From an uncultured virus (IMG/VR IMGVR_UViG_3300013947_000029) (taxonomy: Duplodnaviria > Heunggongvirae > Uroviricota > Caudoviricetes > Crassvirales), in the IMG/VR virus record IMGVR_UViG_3300013947_000029: DNA of 64,000 nucleotides. The stretch is one strand, 5' to 3'. The notes beneath the pieces are model-generated. The model made no database searches. It was not told where the DNA came from and worked only from the letters and a program-made list of their open reading frames with translations. The first letter of the stretch is position 1; every line of letters starts with the position of its first letter. This document shows, one piece after another, positions 57,935-64,000 of this stretch. Made by a program: the position numbers and the translations under genes.

Positions 57935-58840
57935 TTATGCCCAAGGGTCTGAGTTATTAGTATCAAAAGGCATATCTCCTGTAGTATTTTGTTGGAATGT
58001 AGTAGGAGTTACTACATATTCTCTTACAGGAGTTATTGCATATTCAGTATCTATACTTCTACCATTATCCATAGCATATTTAATATCTGAATTAATAGCT
58101 TTCTCTATCTTATTAAAGTTCTTAGATTTAATAGAAGCAAACTCCTTAGTATAAACAGTTTGATATTGTTTACCATCTTCTCCTGTTCTTACACCTAAAC
58201 ATACTCTAATAGGATTGTTAGGCTGATACCCTATAATGTCTCTAATATCACTAAAATCTCCTTTAGCAAGTTTAGGGAAAGTAGAAATATCTAATCTACA
58301 TTCGCATAAAGAGGGGTCTATTTCAGTATTAAGAACATAAGAACCTGTAGCTTCATCCCGTTTTTCTATAGAAGGAATGCCAAGAAATATCTTAATAAAC
58401 TTAGTAAGATTTTCTTCTCCTTCATAAGCTATCCTATAGTCTTTATCTATTTTAGCTTGGCTACCATTACTAAATGTAGGAATTATTCCATTTCTAATTT
58501 CATCTTCTGTAGCCCAAGTAGTTCTACCATATTTATCTATTATTTGATATTTACCAGACTTAGTACCCTGTACCTTGTTACTGGTAATAAAGAAAGACAT
58601 AGTAAAAAGAGGCATATCTTTATGAGTAGGCTTCAATACTAAACTAATTCTAATATTCTTAAATTTCTTACCATCTCTTTCTACATCTTCTACATAGGAA
58701 GGTTCTTTTTCAAGTGTATAATTAAACAATTTCTCCAGTTCTTCTTTATTAGGATTAACTGCTACTACACATACTGGACATACACCAATATATCTTTTAT
58801 ACTCTTTTTGTTCTAATGATTGACCTTTTGCTATTGCCAT
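57935..58840 (-). CDS. Conserved replication-module protein (possible ssDNA-binding protein)
   Basis: VNP..EEL, IDKYG...W, GEE.L..F motifs; acidic/aromatic tail (DMPF..DPW). Confidence 0.5.
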   Translation of the reverse strand: MAIAKGQSLEQKEYKRYIGVCPVCVVAVNPNKEELEKLFNYTLEKEPSYVEDVERDGKKFKNIRISLVLKPTHKDMPLFTMSFFITSNKVQGTKSGKYQIIDKYGRTTWATEDEIRNGIIPTFSNGSQAKIDKDYRIAYEGEENLTKFIKIFLGIPSIEKRDEATGSYVLNTEIDPSLCECRLDISTFPKLAKGDFSDIRDIIGYQPNNPIRVCLGVRTGEDGKQYQTVYTKEFASIKSKNFNKIEKAINSDIKYAMDNGRSIDTEYAITPVREYVVTPTTFQQNTTGDMPFDTNNSDPWA

Positions 58841-58868
58841 TTTTTCTAGTTTTTAAATGATTAATGAA

Positions 58869-59237
58869 TTAAAATGTTATTGTATTATTAAATGAATCTT
58901 CGTTATTTGCTTCTTCTTTACGTGGTTCTTCTATATCAACAGGAGGTACTATAGTATCTGGATAAATAAACTCATAAGTAGTTTTCTTGATAATCTTGCC
59001 ATTTTTATCAACTTTATCAGTAGGAGTAATTACTTTCCTAATAATATCTTCAGTATGATACCCTGTTAGTGCTACAGTAGGAGCATCAGTAACTTCAATA
59101 AGTTTATTAAGTTCTTCTACTTCTTTTGTAAGCTCTGCAATCTGTTCTTGATACTTGTTTCTTTGCTTAATAAAAGCTTCTACATTTTGAGCTGTTCTTT
59201 TAATTCTAGCCAACTCAAAGCTACTAAATTTCTTCAT
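58869..59237 (-). CDS. Hypothetical coiled-coil protein
   Basis: FELARIKRTAQNV; packed ORF. Confidence 0.6.
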   Translation of the reverse strand: MKKFSSFELARIKRTAQNVEAFIKQRNKYQEQIAELTKEVEELNKLIEVTDAPTVALTGYHTEDIIRKVITPTDKVDKNGKIIKKTTYEFIYPDTIVPPVDIEEPRKEEANNEDSFNNTITF

Positions 59238-59258
59238 TTGTCTTTGTGTTTTTAGTTA

Positions 59259-60059
59259 TTAAATAAATATTCCATTACAATTAAATTTTACATTTCCCTT
59301 ATCATCAGACTCTCCTATAAGAAATTTCTTTCCTCTTAAATGAGGACTTCTTGCTTCTCTTATAGTGCCTTCTCCTCCTATGAAAGAAAGATATGTTTTA
59401 TTACTACTTCTATAGATTACTCCGACAGCATCAGCTTCTCCACAAAGAATGTCTGATGTCTTCCCTGCTAAATCAATACTCATCTCTGAAATTTCTTCAC
59501 TATCTTTTAGTACAGTCTTATCTTTTACATGAGTAATTAATATAAGAGTATCACATAAAGGTCTAAACATATCTATAAGTTTTCTAAGAGCCTTTCTCAT
59601 ATAAGTATAACCACTACCATTTGGTAGCTGTCTTACATCAGCTTTAGGGTCTAAAACAGGTTGTCCTGTCTTAGGATTTATTACTGTCATACCATTAGCA
59701 TCTTTAAGATAGCCATATTTAGCACCCATAGGAGTTTCTCTATATAGTTGATTAGCTACAGCAACACTTAGTTCTTCAAGCCTTGTAGCATTATCTATAG
59801 TAATTCTTTTAAAGGGGGCTTTATGAAGCTCTTTGCCCTTAGCTATAATAGCATCTCTAATTTCTTCAAGGTCTTTAGCTGTTCTAGCTTGTACTTTCAT
59901 TACAGATAGTGCTCTATAGCCATTCTCAAGGTCTATAACAAGATTATCTTCTATAGAAGATATAAAGGAACTCTTGCCACATTTGGGCCTCCCGCCAATT
60001 ATTAATAAACTAGGGTTATAATTTTCTACTTTACTTTTTTCTGTAGGTAATTCTATCAT
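59259..60059 (-). CDS. AAA_24 / Sak4-like ATPase
   Basis: GRPKCGKS, IDLENG, TIDN, LITH. Confidence 0.8.
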   Translation of the reverse strand: MIELPTEKSKVENYNPSLLIIGGRPKCGKSSFISSIEDNLVIDLENGYRALSVMKVQARTAKDLEEIRDAIIAKGKELHKAPFKRITIDNATRLEELSVAVANQLYRETPMGAKYGYLKDANGMTVINPKTGQPVLDPKADVRQLPNGSGYTYMRKALRKLIDMFRPLCDTLILITHVKDKTVLKDSEEISEMSIDLAGKTSDILCGEADAVGVIYRSSNKTYLSFIGGEGTIREARSPHLRGKKFLIGESDDKGNVKFNCNGIFI

Positions 60060-61236
60060 GCTTTAATAATTTAAATAGTTTGTTTTTTGTATAATTTAAT
60101 AGTGTAATTTTTGTTTCTTTAGATTCCTCTGCTTTTCCTCTAAGTTCCCTCATTACTTTAGTGTAAACATCATTTATTCCTGCAGTATCATTAGGTTTAG
60201 GAAGTTCTTTGTAATAATTAATAGCACCATCAAAATATAATGGACATATAACATTAGATTCTCCATGCCTATTTAATACTATCTCTAAACATCTAAAGTT
60301 ACCTTTTAATAGTTTAATATTATACCCTAAATAATCACTCATTTCATAATTAAAAGGATTAGTAATACCAAACATTACATCTGCTGCTTTACCAGTGTCT
60401 TTGCTATCAGCCAAACCAGCTTGCGTAGGACGTATTTTATTAGCTTTAAAAGCATCAAGGCCTATTGATTCAATGTTTTGCTGTTGAATTACTATGGGAA
60501 TATAATTATAATGATTCCTAGCTATCACAAAATATTCACATAGCTTATCTATAGTTTGTTTCAAGGTAAAACCTCTCTCAGAATCTAATAAACTTACATG
60601 GTCTACTATAAACATTACATACTCATTAGGTCTAGTAGGTTCATAATAGTCAAAAGCTTGCTTAGTTATAGGAGTACCATCTATATCTTTAGTTTGATAC
60701 TCTTTACTATATATAGTACCATTATTCTTAGCATAATCTACAATATCTCTCCATATACCTGTAGGATTCCTTGAAGATGCAAAGGTAATGCATTCTTCAT
60801 AAAAATCCAATATCTTACTAATCTTTTCAGATTTTACAAGATTAATTATAGCAGGGTCTATAGGATGAGCTTTATATGTAGATGTAAGTTCTAATGGACT
60901 TACTCTAATATTATATAGAGTATATAGTAGATAGCATATAAACCTCAAAGTAATATTCTCTTTGGTTTCCTCTAAGGGGTAATAGAATATTTTTGGTATA
61001 ATGATATTAGGATGATAATAAGCATACAATATAGTATTATAAATTATCATATAATTCATTATTTGTGTCTTTGAAGATTTTGATGCTCCACTAAAGAGAT
61101 ACATTTTACCTTGTTCTATACCAGGAAATACCTCTGAGAATCTTCTAAAAGAAGTAGGAATACAATTAACTTCTCCTTTTAAAATCTTCTCTCTTCTTTG
61201 CTCAATATATTGAGTAATTCTTTCTCTTAGTATCAT
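60031..61236 (-). CDS. dnaB: Replicative DnaB-like helicase (start 61236 or 61254)
   Basis: GASKSSKT, LEE, IVDH, QQ, LADS, NRHG. Confidence 0.82.
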   Translation of the reverse strand: MILRERITQYIEQRREKILKGEVNCIPTSFRRFSEVFPGIEQGKMYLFSGASKSSKTQIMNYMIIYNTILYAYYHPNIIIPKIFYYPLEETKENITLRFICYLLYTLYNIRVSPLELTSTYKAHPIDPAIINLVKSEKISKILDFYEECITFASSRNPTGIWRDIVDYAKNNGTIYSKEYQTKDIDGTPITKQAFDYYEPTRPNEYVMFIVDHVSLLDSERGFTLKQTIDKLCEYFVIARNHYNYIPIVIQQQNIESIGLDAFKANKIRPTQAGLADSKDTGKAADVMFGITNPFNYEMSDYLGYNIKLLKGNFRCLEIVLNRHGESNVICPLYFDGAINYYKELPKPNDTAGINDVYTKVMRELRGKAEESKETKITLLNYTKNKLFKLLKHDRITYRKK

Positions 61237-61829
61237 GTTAGTGTTCCTATCCAATCTTCTCTTTCTTGTTCTAATTGTCCTTTGTTTTCAATAAGAGACA
61301 TTAAAGGGGATATCACCTCAGTATTACCATCAGCATCAGTTTTAGCCTTTAATATAAAATATTTTAACAAGGGCATATATCTATAGTTACCATTAAAAGA
61401 AGCAACATACTCTTTAGTGACATTAAGTATTTCTTCTTTATTAAGTTTATATCCATACTTTACTACAAGGGTTTTTAATTTCTTAGCTATTTCTACTGTA
61501 GTTCCTCTCCACATATAATTAGTTCCTGCTTTTCTTCCTCTAGGATAGAGTTCTTTAAGTTGCTTAGCTAAATCTATATAAAACTCTTCAGAAATATCTT
61601 TAGTATCTGTAGAATCTATTATAATATCTTCTAATAGCTTTTTTACTTCATTACTTAGAATAAGCTTATTATCATAGAACAGGTCTTTATTAGCAAAACC
61701 TTTAGCTATTACGGATTGTTGTATTTTACCAATATCCATATCTTTAGCAGCTATATAGAGCACAAAATATTCTTCAATAGTCATATTATGTTGCTCTAGT
61801 ATAGCTTCATTAATTACTAAATTCATCAC
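61233..61829 (-). CDS. Hypothetical protein, possible replication initiator/helicase loader
   Basis: LYP..K motif; directly upstream of dnaB. Confidence 0.5.
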   Translation of the reverse strand: MMNLVINEAILEQHNMTIEEYFVLYIAAKDMDIGKIQQSVIAKGFANKDLFYDNKLILSNEVKKLLEDIIIDSTDTKDISEEFYIDLAKQLKELYPRGRKAGTNYMWRGTTVEIAKKLKTLVVKYGYKLNKEEILNVTKEYVASFNGNYRYMPLLKYFILKAKTDADGNTEVISPLMSLIENKGQLEQEREDWIGTLT

Positions 61830-63003
61830 TATTCATTAAATCATTAATATTAAATATAGTAGTTATCAAAGAAGGATTATAGTTTTCTGACATCTTCTTT
61901 ATTAATTCTGCTTCTCTAGTACCTTTAAAATAAGGTATTATTATTACAGGTTTATTATGTCTAAGAGTTCTGCCTTGTCTTTGCTTAATAATAACATCAG
62001 AACTATTAAGATTATTATATATACCTACTTTACAATCTACTAAATTAGCAGATTCATTAAGCATATTACAAGCTGTTATATGATTTATCTGTTTATCATT
62101 AAACATATTATAATATTCCATAGAATGTTCTTCTTTACTATTAATACAGTATTTACCAAGAATCTTAGTTTGCTCTATATTATTACAGAAAGTAATAGTT
62201 CTATAGTTATCCAGTAATTTTAAAATCTCTTGTGTATAAGGAATTTTTTGGTCACTAAGAAATTTAAGTCTATCACCACAAAGCTTTAACCATTTAAACT
62301 TAAATACATCATTTCTTGTTCTCATATATTTCTCTTTAAACCACTCTATCTGTCTATCAAGTTCTGAGATATACTGAAATGGTGTACATTTAATAGCTAT
62401 CTTTCTATTCTTTATAGCACTTACAGTAAATCTATTGTTATAAAATACTGTAACAGGATTTCCTTTCTTAGGATTCTTTACTATTTCCTCTGTATATAAA
62501 CTATTATTAAGTTGCAATGGTATTAAGAATACTTTAGGGTCAGGAAGTATAGCACTATCTATAGCATTTCTAAGGGTTTTTTTATAAGTATATATATTAC
62601 TAAAAGTGTTACAAAGAATTTCTTTTGCTTCTTTAGGTAAGGTAGCTGTAAGAAATATATTATACTTAGATGAATATCCTGTATTTACAATCTCTGCACA
62701 TCTTTCAGTAAAATGATGTACTTCATCCCATATAATAGCATCATAATTACCTGCATATTTATGTAGTGACACATAAGTAGTCATAGTTATATTAATGCTA
62801 TTATTTTTCCACCATTTATCTATTTCCTCTTGCCATACAGTTTTATGTACTACTCTATTAACTACTATAAGTAATGTCTTAATATTCAAAGACTTTACTT
62901 TCTCTATAGATAACCTTGTCTTACCAAATCCTGTTGGGAGTTCTAAGATAATATTATGAGATGGTATCTTCAGTATTTCTTTTAATATTTTTTCTCTTGT
63001 CAT
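61810..63003 (-). CDS. SF2 (DExH) helicase
   Basis: PTGFGKT, DEVH, TAT, QRQGRTLR. Confidence 0.88.
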   Translation of the reverse strand: MTREKILKEILKIPSHNIILELPTGFGKTRLSIEKVKSLNIKTLLIVVNRVVHKTVWQEEIDKWWKNNSINITMTTYVSLHKYAGNYDAIIWDEVHHFTERCAEIVNTGYSSKYNIFLTATLPKEAKEILCNTFSNIYTYKKTLRNAIDSAILPDPKVFLIPLQLNNSLYTEEIVKNPKKGNPVTVFYNNRFTVSAIKNRKIAIKCTPFQYISELDRQIEWFKEKYMRTRNDVFKFKWLKLCGDRLKFLSDQKIPYTQEILKLLDNYRTITFCNNIEQTKILGKYCINSKEEHSMEYYNMFNDKQINHITACNMLNESANLVDCKVGIYNNLNSSDVIIKQRQGRTLRHNKPVIIIPYFKGTREAELIKKMSENYNPSLITTIFNINDLMNSDEFSN

Positions 63004-63484
63004 TGACTATTTTCTTTAAATTCTTAGTATAATTCTTATCTTCTGCATAATTAATTCTTTTAAGAAATACATAATAATCTATAGGAGGTTTATGCTTACT
63101 TTGTATATTTCTTTTATAGAAATCAACAGAGTGTGACCAATGGTCAAATTTATAATAGTCTTTCTTCTTACTGTTATATAAGCCAAAAAGATTATTATAT
63201 TTAAGGCATACTTTAGACTTAAAATTCCCTGTTTCAAGTATAGCTTGTGCTAAAACAATGTCTTTATGAGATATATTGTAGTAATGCAGAGCTTCTTCAA
63301 GTCCTTCTTTAGGGCTTTTTGATAAAAACTCTGGTTTTACTACAATAGTATCTCTTTTTAATTCTATCTTTATTATTTCTTTCTTTACTTCTTGCATCTC
63401 TACAGTAATATGCAGTAATACTGTTATTATGATTAGTAAAACTACAAAATTAATAAGAGATGTAACATCTTTAAATCCTCTCAT
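62954..63484 (-). CDS. GH73 glucosaminidase-like cell-wall hydrolase with N-terminal TM helix
   Basis: AQAILETG, NNLFG, YAED..Y. Confidence 0.85.
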   Translation of the reverse strand: MRGFKDVTSLINFVVLLIIITVLLHITVEMQEVKKEIIKIELKRDTIVVKPEFLSKSPKEGLEEALHYYNISHKDIVLAQAILETGNFKSKVCLKYNNLFGLYNSKKKDYYKFDHWSHSVDFYKRNIQSKHKPPIDYYVFLKRINYAEDKNYTKNLKKIVNDKRKNIKRNTEDTIS

Positions 63485-63783
63485 TTTTTAAATTTACAAC
63501 GTATGTAGCCATAATGCTCTTCATCTGTAGATTCTTTTGGGTTTCTATAGAGTGAGAGATATGAATACCAAAATATCATTGCCTCTATAATATTCACTAT
63601 AGGTATCATACTAGTACCTATAATAAGACCTATAGTAGTTTTATCTACTATTAGAGGTGTTTTAATACACTCTTTCTTAGAGATAATTACTGATTCTGTA
63701 TGTTTTAGTATCAATAATTGCAGTATAGCAGATAATATACCTATAGGTATGAGTAACATAGTAACAAATAAAAATTCTATCAT
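63481..63783 (-). CDS. Small membrane protein
   Basis: Two hydrophobic segments. Confidence 0.55.
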   Translation of the reverse strand: MIEFLFVTMLLIPIGILSAILQLLILKHTESVIISKKECIKTPLIVDKTTIGLIIGTSMIPIVNIIEAMIFWYSYLSLYRNPKESTDEEHYGYIRCKFKK

Positions 63784-63986
63784 AGTGTTATAAGATGAAT
63801 ATATTTTCTCTTAACTATCATAGTTTCTTCTTGGTTATCCCATTTTCTCTTGTTATACCAGAGTATTATTTTATACCTATTGTTACTTAATACAACATCT
63901 ATAGTAGGTCTATAATAAATCAATAGAGCTACTATAATTATAATATTCAGTAGTAACAGCTTAATAATCATAGCATTTTTAACCAA
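63780..63986 (-). CDS. Small membrane protein
   Basis: N-terminal hydrophobic helix; ILWYN motif. Confidence 0.55.
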   Translation of the reverse strand: MVKNAMIIKLLLLNIIIIVALLIYYRPTIDVVLSNNRYKIILWYNKRKWDNQEETMIVKRKYIHLITL

Positions 63987-64000
63987 TTAAAATGTTTTCT

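Noticed and set aside
988..58642. Short antisense or nested ORFs in the track (e.g. 988..1272, 3311..3595, 8022..8471, 27125..27421, 41496..41813, 57000..57341)
   Set aside because: They are shadows of well-supported opposite-strand genes, with no recognisable motifs.
1..64000. Stop-codon reassignment (TAG or TGA), known in some crAss-like phages
   Set aside because: ORFs of up to about 3000 aa are open in code 11, and TAG (e.g. 43204, 52695, 56727) and TGA end tightly packed genes. The MCP fragmentation is explained by introns.
1..64000. tRNA genes, DGR or invertible loci
   Set aside because: No cloverleaf, reverse transcriptase, recombinase or template/variable repeat pair was recognised by eye, and intergenic space is minimal. 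A tRNAscan-SE run and a self-dotplot would be needed to exclude them.

Overview
AT-rich fragment of a crAss-like (Crassvirales) Bacteroidota phage genome. Gene order resembles the published PhiCrAss001 layout; these homologies are recalled, not searched. On the + strand, 1-26709 carries the virion module: major capsid protein, ring, auxiliary capsid, hub and muzzle proteins, and cargo proteins. It converges at a bidirectional terminator (about 26718-26743) with a - strand block, 26750-64000. That block holds two giant virion proteins, including a roughly 2980-aa two-barrel RNA polymerase (DFDID motif). It also holds nucleotide metabolism genes (ThyX, dUTPase, NrdD/NrdG, UDG, thioredoxin), replication genes (PolA, primase, DnaB, SF2 helicase, Sak4-like ATPase), rIIA/rIIB-like genes and a GH73-type hydrolase. 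The main feature is that the major capsid gene is split by four group I introns (74-901, 1267-2108, 2689-3475, 3590-4487). Each carries its own homing endonuclease: one GIY-YIG and three NUMOD4/HNH. Splice junctions are inferred from the U.G P1 pair, terminal G, P10 pairing and frame restoration, and splicing gives one continuous 407-codon frame. Introns 1, 3 and 4 belong to one lineage with covarying stems and reciprocal filled/empty endonuclease insertion sites. The standard genetic code fits. No tRNA, rRNA or CRISPR array was recognised.
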